DNA from: a virus
DNA: 64,000 nt
IMG/VR virus record: IMGVR_UViG_3300042460_000724
Span: 32,001 to 96,000 of that record
Reading direction: 5' to 3' (one strand)
Below are positions 19,395 through 31,500 of the stretch, piece by piece. The position numbers and the translations under genes were made by a program. Positions within the stretch are counted from its first letter, which is position 1; every line of letters starts with the position of its first letter. Under the pieces are notes generated by a model. The model had not been told where the DNA came from. It worked only from the letters and a program-made list of their open reading frames with translations, and did no database searches.

Positions 19395-19999
19395 TATTGC
19401 TTTCTATATATAACTATATTCTTCTCAGGATTGATATAGGGTGTTTCTTTTACTTTAGTTAAGAGTTTCTCTATTGCAGTAAACACATTGAAGTAGTCAT
19501 TATCCCAGATAACAAAGCCCTTAGAGTCTACATCACTGGGTATGAATCTGTTATCTTCATTTATTAAAACTAAGTAACCGTTTGGTTTTAGCGTATTGAC
19601 TATCTTTTCTATCTCTTGTTGTGGGTTCTCTACGTGTTGTAATACAAATACCGCTAAACATACATCTACTGAATTTTCATCGGGTAGTTGTGATATTATT
19701 TTAAACTTCCTTGGGTTAGAAACATATAGGGTAGCAAAAGTTTTCATACTTTCACTGATATCAAAACCCAATACAGAGCAATCAAACTTAGTAATTAGTT
19801 CTTTACTAACACGACCCATACCACAACCAAAGTCTAATACAGTTGATTGATTAGTAATAATGTTTTCATTATATATTGTATCAACTAAGAAATGTGTTTC
19901 TTTGTGGAACTTTTCTGGTTTATCAGATTCAAAGCTGAGAACCACATTCATTGCCTGAGTGATTGTGGTTACATCAAATGCTTCTTTAACATATCTCAT
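19394..19999 (-). CDS. Class I SAM-dependent methyltransferase
   Basis: 'VLDFGCGMGR', 'VLQHV', 'LKPNG'. Confidence 0.88.
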   Translation of the reverse strand: MRYVKEAFDVTTITQAMNVVLSFESDKPEKFHKETHFLVDTIYNENIITNQSTVLDFGCGMGRVSKELITKFDCSVLGFDISESMKTFATLYVSNPRKFKIISQLPDENSVDVCLAVFVLQHVENPQQEIEKIVNTLKPNGYLVLINEDNRFIPSDVDSKGFVIWDNDYFNVFTAIEKLLTKVKETPYINPEKNIVIYRKQ

Positions 20000-20715
20000 G
20001 TTTTAAGTTTATCGTTACGTTCCGTAGTTCTACCGGTTAATGGTCTAGCTAGAATTGTAGTGTCAGTAGTTACGTTTATGTTTTTATCATAAGCGAACAT
20101 ACCTTGATGTGTAATATTAAACAAGTCTGCTCTCATCATAATATCTAACGGAGCACATATACCCATTTTTAATACGTGCGAGATTAAGTTCTTTGCCATT
20201 AATGGGTCTAATGCATATGCGTGGGCACGACAGATAAACAGATAATTAGGTCCTTCACTAGCGTGAGGTGGTATAGTTGGATGTATTTTCCATCCTTGCT
20301 CTGCCCACTCAGCACCGCCTAGGTAACATATTGAGTTAACTGAATCATATGAAGTAAACTTCTTAGTCATAATGCTATCGTGTTCTAAGATAACAATAGG
20401 CTTATCAATCTTGGCGCAATGAACCCACAGGCTGATGTGACTTAATGCACAAGCAACTTCACCTCTAGTTAAGTAATGGTCTGTAATCTTTAGCATTTTG
20501 ATTACTGAATCACCTACGCTGTGGTCAGGTACTGTAATTTCAGAGCCAATGCCGTTGAAGGCATCCCATACTTTATATTGCATACCTACATTCATACAAC
20601 TGAGTTGGCATCGTTTAGAATACCGTTCAGATGATTCATTACCTTTTACAGTAATGATGTAAGCGTGTTCTACTTCAAAATCACGTTTATAGAATAAATT
20701 AAGATTTGTGTCCAT
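19996..20715 (-). CDS. GT25-like glycosyltransferase
   Basis: 'GEVACALSHISLW', 'ILEHD', 'AHAY'. Confidence 0.78.
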   Translation of the reverse strand: MDTNLNLFYKRDFEVEHAYIITVKGNESSERYSKRCQLSCMNVGMQYKVWDAFNGIGSEITVPDHSVGDSVIKMLKITDHYLTRGEVACALSHISLWVHCAKIDKPIVILEHDSIMTKKFTSYDSVNSICYLGGAEWAEQGWKIHPTIPPHASEGPNYLFICRAHAYALDPLMAKNLISHVLKMGICAPLDIMMRADLFNITHQGMFAYDKNINVTTDTTILARPLTGRTTERNDKLKT

Positions 20716-22420
20716 CTAATGCCCGTTTAAATTCACTGTAGTCAATACGACCAGGTTTGTGTACTTGAATTAACATTCTAGTTGATAATGCTACATTATT
20801 CAAGTGATTTAGGGCATGAGTAAGTTCTTCTTGCGTTATTTTGCCATTAGATAGACGTTGTTGATATGGATCAGTATACTCAAACTGAGTATCACATACT
20901 TCGATATCAATATCTTCTTCAAATGCTAGTAATGAATCACTTTCACCTTTATTTGCTTTTTCAAACATATGACGTTTGTTAAACAAGTTAAACATAGCAA
21001 CAGTAATCAATCGTTTATGTGTTGGGTCATCTAATGCAGTATCACAGCGCCAATGTGGAGTTTGTATTTCCCAAACAGCACCATTCTCACTTACACGATA
21101 TAGTTCTTTAATAACATCAATGAAGTCTCTACCAGTTTCTCCTAGATGTTCTAATATATCTTTAGCTACAACGTGTGAGTATTCGTTGTCTTTCCATGGC
21201 CAAGGTAGAACACTTAAATCAACCTGTTCATCGGCATCAATGAATGGTGATTTATCAACGTTAACAAATCCATCAAATTTCTTAAAGCCACAACCCAAGT
21301 TAAGTTTCTTAGTGACACGATCCTCATTTGGTTGATCGATATGTTTTAAGTTGAAACGTGCTTCTAGTGCAGTGTAAAGACTTTGGAATGTTGGGTCCCA
21401 TTTCTTTGGATCTGTTTGTCTAAAGATTTGTACACATTTGTAGTATGGGCTTGTGTTAGCATCAGGTGAGCCTGGTGTCCACGTATGATACGGGAGTATA
21501 GGAACGATGACCCATGTTTCTTTACCCATTGCGGCTGCTAAGTGTGCTACACTTGTACAAGATGAGATAACGATATCCATATTAGCAATAGCTGCCATTG
21601 TATCTTCCCAGCTTAACAAGAAGTGTTGCAAGTCAGTTACATTTTCAGGTAGTTGAATAATGTTATGATCCTTTTGCAAACTATATACCTGTAGTTCATC
21701 ATATTTTGCTAAGTTAGTGATAAAGTTCTCTGGAAACTTTCTAAATTGTTGATGTTCAAATTTAGGATTGCCTGCCCAACGAATACCAACTTTAATTTTT
21801 TCGCTGTTGACGAATGTTTTCCAAATTTCAATACTATCAGCTTTAGCAGTTAGATAAGGATCGTTTGGAAAGTTTGAGAATTCGTGACCAGCTACCCATC
21901 CGGCACTAAATCCAGGAACCCAATAATCATGAGGTACAGTATGTGATTGATTTCGTAGTATAACTTTATCTACACCTTCAATACGTTCAAATACTGATAC
22001 TAGTTCAGGTGCACAAGCGATGTATACTGATTTTGCACCTTGTTTTTTAAAGCTAGTAGCAAAACGTGCGTGAATGATTTCATCTCCGTACCCACCTTCT
22101 AGTGATACAATAATAGATTTATCGTTGATAGAATGTTTTTCTGGGTTAAAAATAGGTGCATCTGTTTTAAGAGGAGGGCTACCGTATACATTTAAGAAGC
22201 GACCATTCTCTAATAGTTGACAGCCTTTTCTATAGTCACCGTCTTGAATCATAAACCAACCACGGTTAAAGCAATGACGCATCCAAATATCTTCTGTATT
22301 TTGTCCTTTAGCGTCTACTATTTTTTCAGGGCCTATGTTTTCTAATTTATCTGATAATATTCTGGCTTCTAGATGTTTACCTTCTAATTGAAGCTTGAGC
22401 ATCATATCTATTTCGTGCAT
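20699..22420 (-). CDS. GT-B (GT9/heptosyltransferase-like) glycosyltransferase fused to a C-terminal methyltransferase
   Basis: 'EGGYGDEI', 'VGIRWAGNP', 'YSLQ', 'EDTMAAIANMDIVISSCTSVAHLAAAMGK'; then 'LNLGCG', 'ILEHL', 'DDPTH'. Confidence 0.8.
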   Translation of the reverse strand: MHEIDMMLKLQLEGKHLEARILSDKLENIGPEKIVDAKGQNTEDIWMRHCFNRGWFMIQDGDYRKGCQLLENGRFLNVYGSPPLKTDAPIFNPEKHSINDKSIIVSLEGGYGDEIIHARFATSFKKQGAKSVYIACAPELVSVFERIEGVDKVILRNQSHTVPHDYWVPGFSAGWVAGHEFSNFPNDPYLTAKADSIEIWKTFVNSEKIKVGIRWAGNPKFEHQQFRKFPENFITNLAKYDELQVYSLQKDHNIIQLPENVTDLQHFLLSWEDTMAAIANMDIVISSCTSVAHLAAAMGKETWVIVPILPYHTWTPGSPDANTSPYYKCVQIFRQTDPKKWDPTFQSLYTALEARFNLKHIDQPNEDRVTKKLNLGCGFKKFDGFVNVDKSPFIDADEQVDLSVLPWPWKDNEYSHVVAKDILEHLGETGRDFIDVIKELYRVSENGAVWEIQTPHWRCDTALDDPTHKRLITVAMFNLFNKRHMFEKANKGESDSLLAFEEDIDIEVCDTQFEYTDPYQQRLSNGKITQEELTHALNHLNNVALSTRMLIQVHKPGRIDYSEFKRALDGHKS

Positions 22421-22445
22421 ATTTTCTCCGTTATGTGTTGTGTTG

Positions 22446-22489
22446 GTTTTTTGTATATAAAACTGTAAAGTTATTTATATACAAAAAAC
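22446..22489. terminator. 16-bp perfect inverted repeat overlapping late promoter TATAAATA (22472-22479, minus)
   Basis: gttttttgtatataaa-(12 nt)-tttatatacaaaaaac just downstream of the 4384-aa gene. Confidence 0.65.
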
Positions 22490-22504
22490 GAAATTAATTA
22501 ATTT

Positions 22505-25500
22505 TTACTTAGTAAACCCGAAGTGATTAAAGCCATTTGATACGGTCACTGCAGAGTAACCAACCGACGTAATTGCCGGTATTAATGGGCGATTGTCGTT
22601 GAATCCCCATTCGTATAATACATTGTTAGGATCTATGACAAAAGTACTATTAAAATTCGCAGATACCTGTGTCCAAGATGATGTACCAATTTGTGTAGGC
22701 ACACTATACATATTAGGAGGAGTATATGCTTGATTAGTGCCTAATTGAACTGGGCTGGATTTAGAGATCCTATCATTTAGACCAAGTTGACCACTAGTAT
22801 TAAGACCCCAAACATAAAGTTTGTTATCATTGCGAGTAGCCATCGATGAATTTATATTGGATCCACCTTTATTTAAATTAGTATATATAGAAGTACCAAG
22901 TTGTACCGGAGCTGATCTAGATAGAATGTCTAATAATCCTAATTGACCATTAGCATTATTACCCCAAGTAAACAAATAGCCATCACTACGTATAGCAAAT
23001 TGACTTGCACCAGTTGTTGAAGTGATAGTCCAAGAATCGGTTGCTGTGGGCAAGAATATTGGACTTAATGCAGATGTTACTGAATTAATTCCCAATTCAC
23101 CATTGGTATTAGTTCCCCAAGTATATAAACCATATAACTGATCTAATCCAATAGTAAATAGACCACCAGCTGAGACCATAGCCCATGAACTTGTACCAAT
23201 TTGTATTGGGCTTGATTTTGAAATTATTGTACTATCCCCTAATTGACCACTAGTACCTAATCCCCATGTAAATAATAAGTTATCGCTACGTACACCAGCC
23301 ATATAGTTTACACCAGAACTAACAGATGTCCAACTAATAGTGCCTAGTTGTACCGGACTACTTCTTAGTATCACATCGTTTGTTCCTAGTTGTCCGCTAG
23401 CATTATTTCCCCAAACATATAATAGTCCATCACTAGTAATGGCTGCTGTTGCAACACTACCGGCTGAAATAATACTCCAGCTATTTGTACCTATTTGCAC
23501 AGGACTACTTCTGCTTAATATAGCATTGTCACCTATTTGACCATTAGTACCAAGTCCCCACATAAATAGTGCACCATCACTACGTATTGCACCACGTGAT
23601 GTATTTTTAGAAATACTTGTCCAAACAGTACCAACGCCAATTTGTACTGGACTACTACGAGAGACTGTATCATTTTGTGCTAATTCACCGTTTGTATTAA
23701 TACCCCAAGCCCATAGTTTATTAGTAGCATCAAGAGCCATAAAGTTTGCAAGACCTGTTGATGAAGATACGGTGGTCCAACTACTTGTACCAACTTGTAC
23801 TGGACTACTACGATGTACTAAATTATTTGATGCTAGTTGTCCTGATGCGTTATCACCCCAAGTAAACAATCCACCGTCAATACGAATAGCGACGGTTGAT
23901 GTAGTAAATAAACCAACAGCAGTCCAAGAGCTTGTGCCAATTTGTACTGGACTGCTACGAGATATTGTATCATTTAGACCTAGTTGTCCACTAGTACCTA
24001 AACCCCACATAAACAATGCACCGTCACTACGAATGGCAGCACTAGTAGACAGTCCAGTTGATATTGTATTCCAGCTTAAGGCTGCAGGTTTGCTTGTAGT
24101 AGTCAAGTATGTCTGTTGTATCTCTGCACTTGTGAATGAATTTACTTGTACTGGACTAGACCTATTAGCAATGGATCTATCTCCTAATTGTCCACTAGCA
24201 TTACCGCCCCAAACATATAATAAATTATTTGTATTAATTGCAGAAGTTGAGCTTTGTCCAGCACTTACTATATTCCAGCTTGTACCAACTTGAACTGGAC
24301 TACTGCGGGATAATACTGTAGTATCTCCAAGTTGTCCTGTAGTATTAATACCCCAAGTAAACAATCTATTATCAGATGTAATTCCACCCACAAAAGTTAC
24401 GCCTGCACTTATTTGTGCCCAACTACTTGCGCCAATTTGTACCGGAGCAGATCGAGATATGATAGTAGTATCACCTATTTGACCACTAGCGTTAAGACCC
24501 CAAGCAAATAACAAGTTATCAATACGTATACCATATGATGTAGTTCCACCTGAGCTTACTGCATTCCATGACTCATTTATTGATCGGATAAATACTGGAC
24601 TACTTCTGGCTCCAAGAGATTCACTTAATCCAAGCTGTCCATTATTATTTTGTCCCCAAATGAAAAGTTGATTATCAGTATAAGTCAACGCCATAGTTAC
24701 TCCAGGAGACGTGCCTATACTAACCTGTGACCAACTGCTTGTACCAATTTGTACTGGACTACTACGAGGTAATATTGTATTGTCTCCTAGTTGACCATTA
24801 GTATTAATACCCCAAGACCAAAGAGTGTTGTCAAGACGTAAGGCAGTGGTTGTAGCAAATCCAGTTGATATAACAGACCAACTGCTTGTACCAATTTGTA
24901 CTGGACTACTACGAGGTAATATTGTATTGTCTCCTAGTTGACCATTAGCATTAATACCCCAAGACCACAGTGTAGAGTTAGTTCGGATAGCCATAGCATA
25001 CGACAGTCCGGCTGACACACTAGACCAACTGCTTGTACCTATTTGTACTGGACTACTGCGTGGCACGATAGTAGTTGATCCTAATTGTCCACTAGTATTA
25101 TCTCCCCAGGAGAAAAGAGCACCATCCAAACGTATAGCATATACACTTACATCTCCGGCACTAACCTTTGTCCAACTACTTGTACCAACTTGTACAGGAC
25201 TACTACGATGTAGTATAGTGCCATCACCTAATTGTCCGGCGTTATTATTACCCCAAGTAAACAATGCACCATCACTACGTATTGCACCAACACAAGCCAG
25301 AGTACTTACAAGAGTTCCTGTTGCAACACTTCCTGAAACTATAGTCCAGCTACTTGTACCAACTTGTACAGGACTACTGCGATGTACTAAGTCATTTTGA
25401 CCTAATTGTCCTATTGTATTTAATCCCCATGACCACAACGTATTATCATTACGGATTGCATACATTGCATTATTGCCTATTGATATCTGAGACCAGCTAG

Positions 25501-28500
25501 TTGTACCCAATTGTATTGGACTATTTGTATTAACAGTCGAATTTTGTCCTAGCTGTCCAAATGAATTAATTCCCCAAGTAAACAATGCTCCGTCACTACG
25601 TATTGCCGCTGAACTCCCAATAGACCCACCTGCATTGATTTTGGTCCAACTGAATCCTGTTTTACCGGTAGCAGTTAAGTAAGTACTTTGTAGAGTGTTA
25701 TTTGTAAATGAACTAATTTGTACTGGGCTACTCTTGTTAGCCACAAACAGTTGACCAAGTTGTCCACTAGCACCTGCACCCCAACCATATAATACGTTGT
25801 CTGCGGTTAATGCTAAAGTTGTAAAGTCGGTTCCTGCTGTTATTCCACCTGCACTAACAGTAGTCCAACTACTTGTACCTATTTGAACTGGGCTACTACG
25901 ATGTAATATAGTGTCATCACCCAAATTACCAACTGCGTTATTACCCCAAGTAAATAGTGCACCATCACTACGTATACCTGCAAAATGTCCGGCTGAGCTA
26001 GATAATGCAGTCCAACTATATGCGGTAAACGTATTAGCGGCAGGGTTACCCCAACCATACAATTTGTTATTTGTCTTTATACCTACATTATGGCTATAAC
26101 CTGCACTAATTTTACTCCATGTATCTCCTGTGATTTGTGTAGGCATTGGTTGGTAGCTAGCAATTTGTACTGGACTAGATTTACTTACTACAGTATTATC
26201 ACCAATAGCGCCGTAGCTAGCACCCGAACCCCAACCATAAAACAATAGATTACCATCGAGCACACCGTAACTATTAGTAGATCCAGTACCAATTATAGAC
26301 CAACTACTTAAACTTACTAATGTTGGGCTAGATGTAGCAACAACAGAGTTAATACCTAATTCTCCGCTGCCGTTACCACCCCAAGTATATAGTAACTTAG
26401 TAGAAGTTAACCCTACCATATGGCTTTGACCAACAGTAATTTGTGACCAGCTACTTGTACCAAGTTGGGTTGCACTACTACGGTGGACTAGATCACCTAA
26501 ACCTAATTGTCCATTAGCATTTTGCCCCCATACAAATAATAAACTATCACTGCGTATTGCAGCCGCAGTGTTTACATTCATTGATACTTGTGACCAAGAC
26601 TCATTAGCAGTACGAATGAACACCGGGCTAGTAGATTGTGTAACAGTATTATTGCCTATTGCACCAACAGCATTTTGCCCCCATACAAATAATTGCCTGC
26701 TTGTGTTATCTATAGCTGCCGTATTAATATATAATCCACTAACCTTATACCAAGTACTAGTACCAATTTGTACCGGACTAGATCGGGAGATAGCAGTACT
26801 ATCTCCTAATTGACCGTTTGTGTTTAGTCCCCAGCCCCATAATGTATTATCACTACGAATAGCAACTGAGTATTGATTACCTGCGTTAACACTTGTCCAA
26901 CTACTAGTACCAATCTGTACTGGACTACTTCTAGGGAGAACATTAGTTAAACCTAAACCACCATTAGTATTAATGCCCCATGACCACAATGTATTATTGT
27001 TTAGTAGTCCTACCATGTGTGAGTAACCAACTGCTATTTGACTCCAACTACCTGCACCAAGTTTTACAGGACTAGATTTACTTACTACGGTATTATCACC
27101 TAACTGTCCGTTTGTATTAATTCCCCAAGTGAATAGTCCGCCGTCACTACGCAATGCGGCAGTTATAGCACCATTAGTACTAACCTGTGTCCAACTACTT
27201 GTACCAACTTGTACAGGACTACTACGAGCTACAAGATCACCTAGTCCTAGTTGACCACTAGCATTAATTCCCCAGGCAAATAAAGCACCACCAAGTCGTA
27301 TTGCAGTTACAGTCGATATCCCTGCCGCAACACTTGTCCAACTACTAGTACCAATCTGTACTGGACTACTGCGTGGCAATACATCAGTTGTACCTAATTG
27401 TCCACTAGTATTTAGACCCCACACAAATAATGCTCCATCGTTACGTATAGCATATGTAGAAAAATCTCCCACTGCTACCTGAGTCCAACTGCTTGTGCCA
27501 ATTTGTACTGGACTACTACGATGGATGATAGTATTATCTCCTACACCGCCGTTGTTATTAGTTCCCCACGTGAATAATGCTCCATCATTACGTATGGCTG
27601 CAGTCATACCATTTACACCACCGGAGCTTATTACAGACCAACTAAATGTTGTTGTTCCAGTTGCAGTTAAATAACTATTTTGCTGTGCAAGAGAATATAT
27701 CGATCCTACTTGGGTTGGACTACTTTTATTGACAGTATCATTTAAACCAAGACCACCGATGCCGTTAATACCCCATGTAAATAACAAACCATCACTACGT
27801 ATACCAGCCATAGTTGTAGCTGCCTTACTATTAATTAAAGTCCAACTACTTGTACCAATTTGTACTGGGCTACTTCTACTAAGTATTGTACTATCCCCTA
27901 GTTGACCACTAGTACCTAATCCCCAAGTCCATAAACTACCATCATTACGTATAGCCCCAAGTCCACCTACTTTACTCCAAGTAGTATCGGTACCAATTTG
28001 AACTGGACTACTGCGGTGGACTAAATCATTTAACCCTAAATATCCGTCAGTGTTGTTACCCCAAGCCCACAATGTACCATCACTGCGTATAGCTGTAGTC
28101 CAAGATGTTTCCGAATTAACCTGTATCCAACTACTAGAACCAACTTGTACTGGACTGCTTCTATGAAATATATCACTCAGTCCTAATTGTCCAGATTCGT
28201 TAGCTCCCCAAGTCCATAAACTACCGTCACTACGAATACCAGTGAATCGTAAATTTTGTCCAGTCAATATTGACCAAGATGTTGGAGAATTAACCGGCAA
28301 TATAAAGTTTGTGGGACTTAATGTTGGATTATATGGCCATTGTTGATATTGTAATCCCCACCCATACAATGTATTATCTGATGCAATAGCAAGTGAATGT
28401 ACGTTGCCAGCACTTATTTGTGACCAACTACTAGTACCAAGTTGTACTGGACTACTACGATGTAATCCCTCATTATTTACCTGATATGAACTATTATTAC

Positions 28501-31500
28501 CCCAGGCAAATAATTTATTAGTACTAGAAATAGCAAGCACGTGACTTATACCTGCACTAACTTGTGACCAACTGCTAGCACCTATTTGTGTTGGGCTATT
28601 TGAGTATGGTGTTGCACCAACTTGTACTGGGCTACTACGATGTTCTAACCAACTACCTGATATAGTTGTTGGATTAAATGCTAATCCTAGTGCTCCATTA
28701 GTGTTATTACCCCATATATATGCTATACCAGTAGTTGTGATTGCATTGGTTATTCCTGAACCGGCAGCACTAACACTTGCCCAGTCGCTATTATTACCTA
28801 TTTGAGTAGGATATGATTTACTAGTTGTAGAATTATCACCCAACTGTCCAAAAGTTGTATTAATTCCCCAAGTAAATAGTTTTCCATCGGATCTAATAGC
28901 TGATGACAAGCTTTGTCCAGCGCCAACGCTAATCCAGGAATCATTCATTGAGCGAATGAATACCGGGCTACTGCGGCTGGTAATTCCTAATATACCCAAT
29001 TCTCCACTAGTACCAAGTCCCCAAGTAAATAATGCGTTACCTGTATCGGCTGCAGTAATACCTAAAATGTTAGTATAGCCAGTTACCATTGTCCAACTAT
29101 TTGCACCAATTTGTACAGGGAATGATTTAGCAACTGTGGTACCATCACCCAATGATCCAGCAGTATTATTTCCCCAAGCAAACAGTAAACCATCACTTCG
29201 TATTCCTGATAATCCTGCAACAACTGTACCAATTGCAGTCCAAGAATCTGCTACTGAACGAATGAATACTGGGCTGGATCTACCGGCAACAACACCATTA
29301 CCAATAACGCCATCCCCACCTGCAGTAGTTCCCCATGTAAACATTTGCCCATTTGCATCAAGTGCGACTATTGCACTACCTGCATTAACGGTAGTCCAAC
29401 TACTTGTACCTGTAGTAAGTGTTGGACTAAAATATGTGTTCACTAGTGAGTTATTACCAAACTGTGCATTAGCTCCACTACCCCACATATATAGTAAATT
29501 ACCACTTATACCGGCTGTGACTGTGCCGCCTGCAGTTACTACACTCCAACTACTTGTACCAATTTGTACAGGACTACTACGATGTTGGGTAGAATCCGGA
29601 GTTCCTAACACACCACTAGTACCTGCACCCCAAGTGAATAATGAACCATCACTGAGAATTGCTACTGTCCATGATAAACCAGATGCTACTGCAGTCCAAC
29701 TGCTACTACCAATTTGTACTGGGCTACTACGATTTAGAGCAGTGCCATCACCTAGTTGTCCAAATGTGTTTACTCCCCATGCATATAATGCGCCAGTAGT
29801 ACGTATAGCATTACTTCTATTATTTGCAGAATAAACTTTTGACCATGTGTTTTCAGTACCGATTTGTACTGGACTACTACGAGCTACTACTGTGTTTAAT
29901 CCCAGTTGACCTACATCATTAGCACCCCAACTCCATAATGTACCATCACTACGAACCGCTAATACTGTACCGCCGGTAGTGTTAAACGGTCCTGTTGCAA
30001 CAGCAGTCCAACTACTTGTACCAACTTGTACCGGGCTACTACGATGAGCCTGTGTACCATCACCTACAGTACCTGCAGTGTTAACTCCCCAAGTCCATAA
30101 TGTATTATCACTACGTATGGCAGCCGTGAATGATGCTCCTGCTGATACTGTCAACCAGCTATTAGTACCAACTTGTACAGGACTACTACGATGCACTATG
30201 TCATTTAGACCTAATGCGCCATTGATGTTATTACCCCATGCAAACAATAAGCCGTCATTACGAATAGCAAACATTGTATTATTGGTATTTACCACAGTAG
30301 ACCAACTGTAACCAGTCTTACTTGTCTTTGTCAAATATGCCTGTTGTTCTGCAGGTGAAGAGAACGAAACAATTTGTACAGGGCTATTACGAGCAACTAC
30401 AGTTCTATCCCCTAATGCACCACCTGAACCAGAACCCCACGTGTACAATGTATTGTTAGCCATTATACCTGCTGTTGTACCAGATGCTTGTGTAGCAACA
30501 ATATTCCAATTACTTGTACCAAGTTGTACAGGGCTACTGCGTGAAATTGAGTCACCGATGCCAAGCTCACCGGCTGTATTTAATCCCCATGCAAATAATT
30601 TACTATCAGTTCGTATTGCAAATGTGCTGTTACCATTTGCTGTTACTAATGTCCAGCTGTTACCCGTACCTACTTGTACTGGGCTACTTCTAGCGATAAT
30701 ATCGTTTACTCCAAGATTACCAGAACCATTGACTCCCCAACCATATAATTTTCCATCCAACGTAATAGCAAAGGTAGATGTAGCGTTAGTTGTACTATTA
30801 GATGGTACAACTGACCAACTACTTGTGCCTAGTTGAACTGGGCTACTACGATGTACTAAATCATTTAGACCAAGTTGACCATTAAAATTGCCACCCCAAA
30901 CAAATAATAGTCCGTCACTTCTAATAGCGTAAGTATGGCTTATGCCAGCAGCAATACCACTCCAATTACTTGTTCCTATTTGTACCGGACTACTTCTGTG
31001 TAGAATATCATTTAAACCAAGTTGTCCGATACTGTTAGTTCCCCATGCAAATAACTTACTATCGCTACGAATAGCAAATGAAGTAGATGCACCTGCGGTT
31101 ACTGTAGTCCAACTCAATGTTCTAGGTTTACCTGTACTAGTTGACCAAGCAATTTCATCAGCTAATGTAATTAGTGATGAAATTATTACAGGTAATAAGA
31201 TTGTTCCTGGAGCATTACCTGTACCCAATTGACCATTATCATTATTGCCCCAACCGTATAAAACATTGTCCATGGTTAAAGCTAATGTATGAGTAGAGCC
31301 GGTGCTTATCATAGTCCAGCTACTTGTACCAACTTGTACTGGACTTGATTTTAGTATGACGGTGTTGTCCCCCAATTGACCAACATCATTATTACCCCAT
31401 GACCATAATGTTTTATCATTACGAATGGCCGCGGTAAATGTATCACCCTGTGCAACTTGGTACCAAGTATTAATAGTTGCATTTACTTGCACTGGGCTAC

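Noticed and set aside
13024-22420. Bacterial LPS/capsule locus (cellular origin)
   Set aside because: No wzx/wzy/ABC exporter; flanked by virion genes and T4-type late promoters.
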